This document shows, piece by piece, positions 11,483-21,019 of a stretch of 64,000 bases of DNA. Numbering within the stretch: position 1 is the first letter of the stretch; each line of letters opens with the position of its first letter. This DNA comes from Amphiscolops sp. MND2022 (Eukaryota), in NCBI GenBank assembly GCA_964187785.1, contig OZ076418.1, positions 28,644,001 to 28,708,000 on the forward strand, given 5' to 3'. The translations under genes and the position numbers were made by a program. The notes under the pieces were generated by a model. It did no database searches. It was not told where the DNA came from and was given only the letters and a program-made list of their open reading frames with translations.

Positions 11483-13924
11483 CTGAAAAGTAAAGTCAAC
11501 TCTCATTTATGCCTACAGTCAACTCTGGTTAATTCATATCCAGATAATTTGGATCTTTTTTGATTTGTTTGATTTGTATGTATCTGAAGACCCCCATTTC
11601 GCGATGACCTAAGTAATACCATCTGGTTAATTCGTATTTCTCTATTCGTACCATTTTATTCGCTCCTTTGTGATACGAATTAGGCCGATGCAAATGTATG
11701 TAGAAGCGAACAATCATTTTTTATCAACGTTTCTTTGTTACATTTCAGATATTCAAAGACAAAACACCTCTTTGATTTATATCTATTCAACTTTCGTGGA
11801 CAAACTATATTATAGATTTCGTATCTATTCATCTTTCGTAATTTTGTAATGCTTAATTAAGTTCACACTAGATTTCTATACAGTTTTCCAAAAGAATTGC
11901 GTAGAACATGAATAAAGTTTACACTCAGCAAACAAAATTCAAACAGGAAAAAACGATCAAATAGAGTTCATTTCAGAACACCCTTTCAAGCCAATCTTAG
12001 ATGTGAAAAAGGCAAGAAATAATTCTGTTTGTTCTCACCTGTCCACACTTTGTGCACGAAGCGTGATCAGGACTGGGGTTTGGGTTACTGGGGGGAGGTT
12101 CCTTGATCAGCACCAGCCCCAGTGCCTTGATTTTTCCTTTGTTTTTGATCTGGAGCCACGCGAACCCAAACAGGATCAGTACAAACAAAAAGAACAGCAC
12201 CACCAGCGCTATCATCGCCAGCCTAAAATACAACCACAAATTTGAGAATTGAAATATATACTGAGAGACGTTAAAAACATTAACTGTCTTCCGTAATAAC
12301 GAATTCTCAGAGAAAAAACACCCGCGACTACTCACGGATACCATCCGGAAATGCCAATTATGAAGCGTTCAAGTTCATTTTGATTCCTTTTTGAGTCAAT
12401 GTAATGAGTCTTGTATCACTTGTTTTATTCAAGTTTTGTTCCAAGACGAATAACAAATGTAAATTCTTCCTCTACTGAAAAATCAGTGCTGTTCGAGTAA
12501 AAGTGAACGTTGAAAATATAATTCGCTTCATTAGCGGTTGCATAATTAGCTATTTGTAACACCCCCACGGTGTCTTTAAAGAGACCATGCATATCAGTAT
12601 ACTCAGTACGTATCAGTATACTCAGTACGAGTATCAGCTCGTTGTCAAGAAAGCGGCATATGGTCAAGAAAGAAAAACGAAAACTTTACTGAAACATCTT
12701 ATGAAGGGGTTCTGTCTAGAATGCTCTCATGTTTACCGAATGTTAAAATTGGAACACGTGCACATTAGAAACTCCCTCTAAAATGATTGCACTAATAGTT
12801 TTCAACTGGGTTGAATGTTTTCAAAGTTCTGCATCCTTCCAGACAGAGCATAGAGCTTCTGAGGAGAGCAAAGCTGAGCCTCTTTCTAAATGCTGAAAGG
12901 CATCGAAGAAATGTGATAAAACAAGTGCAACAAACCTAAATGGCGATATAGGGAATGATGGCCCATTATCAGTAGGTGAGTTAGTTTCAGTATTTGCTCT
13001 ACTGGTTTCCTCGTGTTCGCAAGGGGTGGCAAACTTGTTACTGTAGGTCTGATTGAATACAGGGAGATTTCTAGCCGGTAAGAATAGTTTGCCTTTCTTG
13101 GGTTGGAAACAGTTCCCCTTCTCCCAAGATTTCAAAGCAGGCATGGAGCACACAGTGAGCTTCAAAGTTCTCTCTAGCCATTGGGATGGGTTTTCGTCAC
13201 CGAGTATGTCAAAAATGGAACTCAGGGGGATGTCTACCTGCAACAAAAAATTCGTACGTTCGAAAAACTTGACTGGAAAATAATGTAGTTTATTGAACTA
13301 ATCTAATCGGTCTGATAATCGATGACCAAAAATATTGGAAAGCAGCGAGGGTCTTAGAAACATAGATGACGATAGAGTAAATTTTCCGCAAACTTTCAAC
13401 ATTCCAAAAATTATCAAACACTTTTCCACTACATGCTTAGCTTATTTGATGCTTTTTTCATGTAATTATATTCAATACAGTTGCCATACCTTTATTGACG
13501 GGTCATCATAGTGGACTTCTTTAAAAGTGACATTAAGGTGATACGGTGGTGCATTCAACCAAACACCATCAGACATTCGGGACATGTCGATCTCAATGAA
13601 ATATCCGCTCAAGGTTATTGGAGTGAAAGGGTGTTTGATGATGAATCGAATTCCTTCGTATTCCCACGATTTTGAGACGTTATCTTCATTTTTATACAGA
13701 AATGCGTCAACTTCTCGTGGTTTTTCAGGAGGGGCACGAGGCTCCTCTGAATCAGGGTTATCAGACCGTGGCCTAACAGCCGTCACCGAACAAGGAATAC
13801 ATTCATGTCGGTGGTTTGTGAAATCACATTTTGATCCCTTCCAAGTTGCTTCCGAATCATCATTTCGTGCCAGAGATGGAAAGTTCAAAACAAGGCACGC
13901 AACCAAAGACCAATGGATGAACAT
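11207..13924 (-). CDS. Four-exon gene, 398-aa single-pass type I membrane protein of unrecognised family
   Basis: Exons 13924-13490, 13237-12936, 12222-12039, 11482-11207. All introns are GT-AG with matching phases (0, 2, 0). Signal-peptide-like N-terminus MFIHWSLVACLVLNFPSLA, Cys-containing ectodomain with N-x-S/T sites, TM LAMIALVVLFFLFVLILFGFAWL followed by KNKGKIK, and a ~125-aa cytoplasmic tail. Confidence 0.85.
12039..12222 (-). CDS. Exon 3 of the membrane-protein gene (TM helix, Pro-rich and CTKC juxtamembrane part)
   Basis: Acceptor GTATTTTAG|GCTGGCG; donor GGACAG|GTGAGA. Confidence 0.85.
12936..13237 (-). CDS. Exon 2 of the membrane-protein gene (ectodomain, Ser/Thr/Pro stalk)
   Basis: Acceptor TTTTTTGTTGCAG|GTAGAC; donor TTTAG|GTTTGT, phase 2. 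Confidence 0.8.
13490..13924 (-). CDS. Exon 1 of the membrane-protein gene (signal peptide, N-terminal ectodomain)
   Basis: 145 codons ending ...DDPSIK, then donor AAG|GTATGG. Confidence 0.85.
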
Positions 13925-14630
13925 CTGCTACGATTAAAATTTTAAGCTACATCAATTCTGAAACAGGAACGTGTAAGGATCTCCAAAAAATAGAGATTTC
14001 ATTTCTCTTTGGAATAGAGCACTTGGGATCTTGTTTGATAGCCTCCTATCCTATTGCCGGAAAAGTTATATGTCCCCCAGAACGTACGCACAAAATAGAG
14101 TACGCGAAATTGAATCAAATATTAGAACGGAGTGCTCGCATGATTGCACGATGTTGTGAACAAAAAATAGTGGTCATGTAAATAAGCATGTGGTCAGCTT
14201 CGTTTCAGCCTAATTGTCATGACCAACTTATTAAATAGTTTGAGAAACATGTCTTCTACCAGAATAACATCATCCAGTCAAGATGATGAGGGCTCGTCAC
14301 ACCTGATTGAATGTACAGAAAAAGGGCAGAACGGAGAGGGCTGTGTGGCATGGATCCCAATCTGGCTCCCAAGGATTTATGAATCACCTTTTCTGTGTGG
14401 CTTCTGAGGTTTCGGAGCAATCCCAAGACTCCGAGCAATCCGCAATTACTGGTGAACTTTCGAGCCTATTCAATGCTGATTCTAACGACCAGTATGGAAG
14501 AAAGCCGAGATGTCAGAATATTCGGAGTGAAAGAAGCCGGAGAATCTCTACCAAAAAGTTGATATTGCTTTAAAAGTGGGACATCAAATTTCAAAAATAG
14601 ACATCAGCATGTCACCGGGTACCAAGCAGA

Positions 14631-14718
14631 GGATACGGGACAATTTGCCGGAAATTGACTGGGACAATTTGCCAAAAAATTTTCAGCAAATTGTCTTTCG
14701 GCAAATTGGCCCGTATCC
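14631..14718. mobile_element. Small hairpin MITE (GGGACAATTTGCC family)
   Basis: GGATACGGGACAATTTGCCG ... CGGCAAATTGGCCCGTATCC, a 20-bp inverted repeat with 1 mismatch; the same motif recurs at 20876-20994. Confidence 0.8.
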
Positions 14719-14765
14719 GGTTTTTGCTCCTGCGAAGAGTTTGAAATAGATCAGGTACTTCTCCT

Positions 14766-15661
14766 GGTTACCAGTCACTTGGCTTAATACCATTTGGCTT
14801 AATTTTTTCGTCGAGTCATTTGGCTTAAAAATTTTAAGCCAATTGACCACAAAATTAAGCCAACTCCATTCCAACTCCTGGAAATATCAAAATGCGGGGC
14901 ATATGCGGTGTATGCACGCTCGCCCTCACCGTCGCAAAGACCAGCTCCCACTACGATCGCTTCGCGATCTTCGTTCCCGCTAGGTCTTTGCTCCTGTTCG
15001 ACCTCGCTTAGCAAGATGGGAATATAAGCGGCCCCAAGGGGCCGCAGGTCACTAGAGGAAATGGGGACATATCCGAGGGGGGTGGGCGGAAATAGGTCGA
15101 AGTAACGGGATCGAAAATCAGAGTTAGTCCTCAGGTCGACATACTCTGATTTTTGAATGGGATCGAAACAACTCGGATCGAAATTTTTATAACGTAGTCA
15201 GATATGTTCACATACCCCTAGTGCCCTAAATGCAGGAGCGAAGCGAAGCGGAGCGACGTGCCATTATGGCCATGCCTCAATGTTGCTACTTGGCGAAGGG
15301 AGCGAAGCGACCGAGTCATACAACAAATACGATAAAATTCGACCGCATTCCATTCGATCTCTGCAATTCGATCAAAAGGTTCGACCTCTGTCCTTTCGAC
15401 CAGAAAAATTCGACCTATTTACAGCCACCCATCCGAGGGGTACTTGATATGATATGTTATAATAATACGCTGACTACGTTATAAAGATAAATTCGACAAA
15501 ATCTGCCACGTGTTTTCAACTAAGTGATTTTAAGTCAAATGACTTTAAGCCAAGTGACCAATACCCGAGACACTTAGCTTAAAAAAATTAAGCCAAGTGA
15601 CCAATTGTATTAAGCCAAATGACTTTAAGCCAAATGGCATTAAGCCAAGTGACCATTTACC
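14766..15661. mobile_element. Non-autonomous foldback/MITE-like element with TTAAGCCAA subterminal arrays and nested repeats
   Basis: Left GGTTACCAGTCACTTGGCTTAATACCATTTGGCTTAA is the inverse of right TTAAGCCAAATGGCATTAAGCCAAGTGACCATTTACC; multiple TTGGCTTAA/TTAAGCCAA copies. Confidence 0.7.
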
Positions 15662-15829
15662 ATACACGGTGTATGCACGCTCGCCCTCACCGTCGCAACT
15701 AGACAACCTTCACACAAAATCCTGAGAGCTCCACCGCCTAAGATCTGAAGAGATAACTTCTAAAAACTGAAATGTGGGGCATACCCGGTGTTTGCACGCT
15801 GAAGTTTGCAAGTGAAAACGCTAGGTATT

Positions 15830-15987
15830 TGTTGTATCTACTGATTTATGCCTTTATTATATATTGCTGTAATTGATTTATGTTTTATTTTAGATGTCGA
15901 TGTCCCTTTGATATGTGCTTTGATAACTGCCGTCTACAGAATACTAACCTTTATAGAAAAGCGTTTTGATCAACGAGAAACACGACT
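15830..15987 (+). repeat. 5' LTR of the Mag-like Gypsy element
   Basis: Direct repeat of 20718-20875. Confidence 0.95.
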
Positions 15988-16023
15988 ATTGGTGACCAGA
16001 CCAGGATTCATTTCAAGGTTAGC

Positions 16024-16602
16024 ATGCTCAAAATTATTGCTGCCAGTTCCTTGTACAACTCAATTGGAGAACTTCAAATCAAGTTGCGTAAACAACTACG
16101 AGAACTCGTCCACGCCGGTGCCGGTTTTAGCCTGAACCCAGAGTCCGTGAACAAGTCAAAAGACGTTTACAACTATCTAAAGTCCGAAGAACTGAGAGAT
16201 ACGAGAATAATCCTGTGGCACTATCTGATTAACAATACTATCACAACTCACAAAAGTAACAACTATCAACCGCAAAGTGTAAATCAGCTGGTGGCTTCAT
16301 TGAGAAGTCTAACAAACTTATGCGGCATAGTTTATTGCCAACGTACAGGGTCCCCGAATATTTTTGAAGACCTGAGAACATTGGACTGCCCGATCATCCA
16401 AGTCACGACAGATATTTTGAGCAAGTCAGAGCAGCGCAGTGAAGTACTCGTCGAGAAGTACAAAGCCCTACACCAATCCAGCGATCTCGAACTCAGATCC
16501 CTAGGTGTAGTTTTACATTATTATCCGAACCTGCGGAAGATCTTGAAAACAAGAACTCACGAGCAACGAAGAGAGGCTAAGAGAAAAAGAGCAGACAACT
16601 AA
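16024..16602 (+). CDS. 192-aa ORF of unknown function between PBS and gag
   Basis: ATG start, 192 open codons, basic C-terminus RREAKRKR; no domain recognised. Confidence 0.7.
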   Translation: MLKIIAASSLYNSIGELQIKLRKQLRELVHAGAGFSLNPESVNKSKDVYNYLKSEELRDTRIILWHYLINNTITTHKSNNYQPQSVNQLVASLRSLTNLCGIVYCQRTGSPNIFEDLRTLDCPIIQVTTDILSKSEQRSEVLVEKYKALHQSSDLELRSLGVVLHYYPNLRKILKTRTHEQRREAKRKRADN

Positions 16603-16772
16603 AGGTGAGCTTTTAGAGTCTCGAACTCAGAGCCGCTGTTGTTACCTCTTTATAGCTTTTCGAATTAAAGGTGAGCTTTTAGAGTCTTGGACTCAAACCC
16701 CCCTAGTAATTCTTAGCCATTAAGACTCAAATTGTTCGAATTGTGTTTTTTTTCAAGTCATTACCAAAATCA

Positions 16773-19772
16773 ATGGGTAAACCGGAATTTAACCTCAAGG
16801 AACCCGATCAAGCACTTATGTGGCTCAAGGCGTTCGAGGCGCGAGCGCGTGTTGAAAGGAAAAGGGACATCGACGCAACACCTGGAACTAGTGGACCGCC
16901 AGCTGTTGCTGCCATAGCAAAAGATTATCAGGTGACTGATTTCTTTATGAGCCAATGCGGCCTCGAAGCGTTGATAAAGCTCAGTAGCCTCGTCGCGCCC
17001 AGAAACATTGAAGACATGAAATTCATAGACATTCGTAAGGATCTCATAAATTACTTGAAGCCACAAGAGAAACTGGTGGTTGCAGAACGCACTGGCTTCC
17101 TTCAGATGTCTCAAGGGGGAGAAGAAGCAGAAACCGACTACCTTGCTAGGCTCCGAGAGGCTGAGCGTTATTGTAAGTTTGTCGATATGAAAGCTTCTCC
17201 GGATCCTGAAGCTGAAATGATCCGATTACAATTCATCGCCGGACTACGAGACAGCGAATCAAAGCGCAAGTTGCTTGAAGCACTCAGAGCAAACGACAAC
17301 TTGACTGTGGAAGAACTGCTTCAGCTTATTCAATACAGAACCCAGGCCAAGAGATTTGCTGAGAGCTCAGTTCATCAGTCAACTTCAAGTGTAGTGGCAT
17401 ATGCGGAAAAACGTGGCCCCAATAATAAAAAAGATCTGAGTCGCCGTCAGAAGCCAGAGCAGTGTGGACGATGTGGCCGAAAGCCATTCCATTTACTTCA
17501 TGAGTGCCCTGCCAAGGATGAAAAGTGCCACAATTGTTCGAAGCAAGGACATTATTCCAGAATGTGCAAAGCTAAAAGACAAGAAGCCTCGCGAACTGAG
17601 GGGAAAACCTATCGAAAATCAAATGCATCAGTGTACCATACTTGTGAAGAACAAGAATTCGAAAATTCCGCCTCGTCTGAGGAAACCATGTATTATGCAG
17701 AACAAGTCGCAACTGTAGAAGAAGTCCATCACATTGAAAGCAAAGCTGAATTTCATAGCATCAAGATAAATGGCCATGACGTTCGAATGCAGAACGACAC
17801 TGGATCTTCAGTGACAATTATTTCAACAAAAATTTGGCGGGAAATTGGCTCTCCTACCTTGAGCACTCGCCCCCGATGGATTGAAGCATATGATGGACAC
17901 AGAATGCTTTATATTGGTCATCTAAAGTGTGAGATCTCTTGGGAAAAGAAAATTCATAGCGTTGACGTTGCAGTTATCGAGTCCGAGAAAGAATTCGGAT
18001 TGATCGGCAGAGACGTGACCCGAGTTGATCACGTTCACAACGCCTCTCTGTCTGATGTAAAAGTCTTGCCTGCAATTAAAGGAGTTAAAGCAACTATCAA
18101 ACTGAAGCCTGACGCAAAACCAGTTTTCTGTCGCGCTCGAAAAGTTCCACTTGCCATGGAAGACCAGGTCAAGATTGAATTGGCGAAACTTCAGGCACAA
18201 GGAATCATTGCCCCAGTCGACCCAGGAGGTGTCATGAATGCCTCGCCTGTCGTGTGGCAAAGGAAGAAAGACGGATCTTTTCGGCTTTTTGCAGACTTCA
18301 AAGTTCATGTGAACGATAAGATCATGACTGAAGACTACCCCCTTCCCGACATGGAAACATTATTTCACGAGCTGGAAGGATCAAAGTTTTACGTCAAGAT
18401 TGACTTATCATCTGCTTATTACCAAATAATGCTGGATGATGCAGCGCAGGAAATTTGTGTCATCAACACAACGCTGGGTCTCTTCAATTTACTCAGACTA
18501 CCTCAAGGAATGAAAAATGCATCCGGAATGTTCCAGCGAACAATCGAGAACACTCTCAAAGGATTGGCTGGAACTATCTGTTTCCAGGACGACGTACTGG
18601 TACACGGAAGAACGAAAAGTCAATGTGAGAAGCGTTGGAGGGCAGTTCAGGATCGCCTGAAAGACAAGGGGTTCACTATAAACGAAATCAAGTCTGGAAA
18701 TGTCATGGAGAAAACCACTTTTCTCGGTTTTACAATTTCAGGAAGCGGGATTGAGCCCGATGATCGCCTTGTCAATAAAGTCAGGAAAATCCATCCGCCT
18801 CAAAGTGTTGAGGAAGTCGAACAATTTTGTGGATTAGTCAACTTCTACGGCCGGTTCATCTCAAACTTCACGTCGAAAATTGCCCCAATATCTGATCTGA
18901 GGAAGAAGTCGGAGGCTGAGTTCCAGTGGACCGACAAATGTCAACGTGCATTCGAAAGGCTGAAATCTGAGCTAGCATCGAAACCTGTCGTTCAGCCCTA
19001 TTCTCTGAAAAAAGAAGTAACAATCACAACTGATGCGTCTGAGAAAGCTTTTGGCGGAGTCTTATCTCAAGAGGGGCACCCTGTAATTTATGTATCGAAG
19101 ACATTGTCTCAAGCTGAGCAAAGGTACTCTAACATTGAGCGAGAAGCCCTAGCGATTGTTTTTGTGGTAAAACGCTTGAAGCAGTTTTTACTTGGCCGGA
19201 AATTCAACCTCGAAACTGATCATCGTCCCCTGGAATTCATATTTGCTCCAAACAAGGAACTCCCAAAAACCGTATCAGCAAGAATCACAAGATGGGCAAT
19301 TTCGCTTATGGCCTTTGATTATGAGATTAAATACAAAGAAGGTTCCTCGATTCCTCATGCTGACGCCATGAGTAGGCTGAAATTCGATAAGGATGACGAC
19401 GAGTGCAATCTAGTCGACTACTCAAGTTCCAATCTTGATGAATTCTGTGTTCATTATGCCGAGCATAAACTCATTCCATTCGAAGAGTTGAGGAGTGAAT
19501 GTGAATTGGCGAAGCGAATTATCAGGCGGGTAATCGATGGCAATTGGAAAGCATGTACTCAAGTAGAGAGTATTTTCAAGAAAGTATCTGGTTTGCTCAC
19601 AGTCGAGAACGGGCTGCTGTACAACGGAACTAGACCTTACATTCCACCAAGAATGCGAAACATCGTAATTGAACTAGCCCATGACACGCACCCTGGTGTC
19701 CAGGCGACTAAGAACATGGTGAACCTAATGTCTTGGTGGCCTGGGGTTGGAAAAGATGTTGAAAATTCATAA
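16773..19772 (+). CDS. gag-pol: Gag-protease-RT-RNase H polyprotein, broken by a 1-nt frameshift in the integrase zinc finger
   Basis: CGRCGRKPFHLLHEC and CHNCSKQGHYSRMC, protease NDTGSSVTII, RT KIDLSSAYYQI / RLPQGMKNA / FQDDVLV, RNase H TDASEKAFGGVL / NIEREALA / TDHRPL, integrase H..HPG. First ATG (MGKPEF) at 16773. Confidence 0.95.
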   Translation: MGKPEFNLKEPDQALMWLKAFEARARVERKRDIDATPGTSGPPAVAAIAKDYQVTDFFMSQCGLEALIKLSSLVAPRNIEDMKFIDIRKDLINYLKPQEKLVVAERTGFLQMSQGGEEAETDYLARLREAERYCKFVDMKASPDPEAEMIRLQFIAGLRDSESKRKLLEALRANDNLTVEELLQLIQYRTQAKRFAESSVHQSTSSVVAYAEKRGPNNKKDLSRRQKPEQCGRCGRKPFHLLHECPAKDEKCHNCSKQGHYSRMCKAKRQEASRTEGKTYRKSNASVYHTCEEQEFENSASSEETMYYAEQVATVEEVHHIESKAEFHSIKINGHDVRMQNDTGSSVTIISTKIWREIGSPTLSTRPRWIEAYDGHRMLYIGHLKCEISWEKKIHSVDVAVIESEKEFGLIGRDVTRVDHVHNASLSDVKVLPAIKGVKATIKLKPDAKPVFCRARKVPLAMEDQVKIELAKLQAQGIIAPVDPGGVMNASPVVWQRKKDGSFRLFADFKVHVNDKIMTEDYPLPDMETLFHELEGSKFYVKIDLSSAYYQIMLDDAAQEICVINTTLGLFNLLRLPQGMKNASGMFQRTIENTLKGLAGTICFQDDVLVHGRTKSQCEKRWRAVQDRLKDKGFTINEIKSGNVMEKTTFLGFTISGSGIEPDDRLVNKVRKIHPPQSVEEVEQFCGLVNFYGRFISNFTSKIAPISDLRKKSEAEFQWTDKCQRAFERLKSELASKPVVQPYSLKKEVTITTDASEKAFGGVLSQEGHPVIYVSKTLSQAEQRYSNIEREALAIVFVVKRLKQFLLGRKFNLETDHRPLEFIFAPNKELPKTVSARITRWAISLMAFDYEIKYKEGSSIPHADAMSRLKFDKDDDECNLVDYSSSNLDEFCVHYAEHKLIPFEELRSECELAKRIIRRVIDGNWKACTQVESIFKKVSGLLTVENGLLYNGTRPYIPPRMRNIVIELAHDTHPGVQATKNMVNLMSWWPGVGKDVENS

Positions 19773-20695
19773 GTGCCTGCTCTGAATGTGCGAAATTCCG
19801 ACCACGAACTGAGAAACCGATCGATACTTGGCCAGATGCACAACCATGGGAGAGACTACACATGGATTGGGCTTATATTCAAGAAGTAGGCAACACTCTT
19901 ATCATTGTCGACGCTGGTTCTGGTTGGATAGAAGCGTTCATATGCGGCGATCGGCCCACGGAAAAAGTCATACATTGTCTGTCCGCCATTTTTGGGAGAT
20001 TTGGGGTCCCACACACTTTAGTTTCCGACAATGCAAAAGAATTTATCAACGACAAAGTTGTCACGTGGTTACAGGCTCAAGGCTGCACCAAATTAGAGAG
20101 CCCAATCTACAATCCAAGGAGTAATGGACTTGCCGAACGGGCTGTGCAGACTGTAAAGAAAGCAATGAGGGCATGGAACTCGTCTCTTCGTGTCAATTTC
20201 CATGCATTTCTGCAGCGAGTCCTGTTCACACACCGTAACACTTCTTCCGTGAGAGGGAAGACTCCCTCAGAAGTTCTGCTTGGAAGGAAAATGCGACTTC
20301 CTGCTGTCATCAATTATCCCATCGGATAGCGCGTAGTTTTTCGTGCTGGACCTCACACTGAATCTTTTCCTGCAAGGTATGTCGTTCGGAAGGGCAATAA
20401 TACAGCATGGCTCACTAAGGAAGATTCAGACGGGTCCGAGAGAACAATTCTAGCAAGTACTAGTCAAATTGCTCCCTTTGCCAGTCCAACTACCGCTGCC
20501 CCTGATCTAGTGACGGCTAAATCAACTACAGATGGTACTACGACCACGGGCGTGGCGGAACAAACTTCGACATGCGTTTCTAGTAGAGGCCCGTCTTTGG
20601 TTGTAGAGTCTTCTACTACTCCCGAGGTCCCGCTCAGGAGGTCTGCACGAGTCACGAAATCGAACCCAAGATTCAACGACTTCATTTGCAAGTAG
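19770..20695 (+). pseudogene. pol: Integrase core and C-terminus, out of frame with upstream pol and with an in-frame TAG at 20327-20329
   Basis: CSEC...WERLHMDWA...IVDAGSGWIE...SDNAKEF...RSNGLAERAVQTVK, ending LRRSARVTKSNPRFNDFICK*. Confidence 0.92.
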
Positions 20696-20717
20696 CTATG
20701 AACTCTTGGAAGTGGGA

Positions 20718-20875
20718 TGATGTATATACTGATTTATGCCTTTATTATATATTGCTGTAATTGATTTATGTTTTACTTTAGATGTCGATGTCCCTTTGAT
20801 ATGTGCTTTGATAACTGCCGTCTACAGAAAACTAACCTTTAAAGAAAAGCGTTTTGATCAACGAGAAACACGACA
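20718..20875 (+). repeat. 3' LTR of the Mag-like Gypsy element
   Basis: Direct repeat of 15830-15987, preceded by the PPT. Confidence 0.95.
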
Positions 20876-20994
20876 GTCTTCGGCAAATTGTCCCTACAAA
20901 ATTCGGCCAATTAAAAGGGACAATTTGCCGAAAAAAATTCGGAAAATTGTCCTTCACGTTCGGCAGATTGGGTTTCGGCAAATTGTCCCTAACC
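20876..20994. mobile_element. MITE-like repeat of the GGGACAATTTGCC family
   Basis: Several CGGCAAATTGTCCC / GGGACAATTTGCCG copies in both orientations. Confidence 0.7.
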
Positions 20995-21019
20995 TCAAAG
21001 CAGAAACTTGAAAAAAAGT

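Larger units (their letters stand above)
15830..20875 (+). mobile_element. Full-length Ty3/Gypsy LTR retrotransposon (Mag-like, two Gag CCHC-type knuckles) with an extra 5' ORF
   Basis: 158-bp LTRs at 15830-15987 and 20718-20875 (6 differences), near-match TSD GTATT/GTCTT, PBS TGGTGACCAGACCAGG at ~15990, PPT GGAAGTGGGA at 20708-20717, order PR-RT-RH-IN. Confidence 0.97.

Noticed and set aside
11529-11717. 62-aa ORF next to the last exon
   Set aside because: It lies in intron 3; exon 3 splices in phase directly to 11482.
12425-12667. 80-aa ORF with an Ig-like look (LQIANYATANEANYIFNV)
   Set aside because: It lies in intron 2 of the membrane gene. Exons 2 and 3 join in phase without it, it has no convincing splice sites, and it contains a 19-bp tandem duplication.
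14219-14573. Short plus-strand Ser/Glu-rich ORFs upstream of the membrane gene
   Set aside because: No recognisable domain or consistent splice model.
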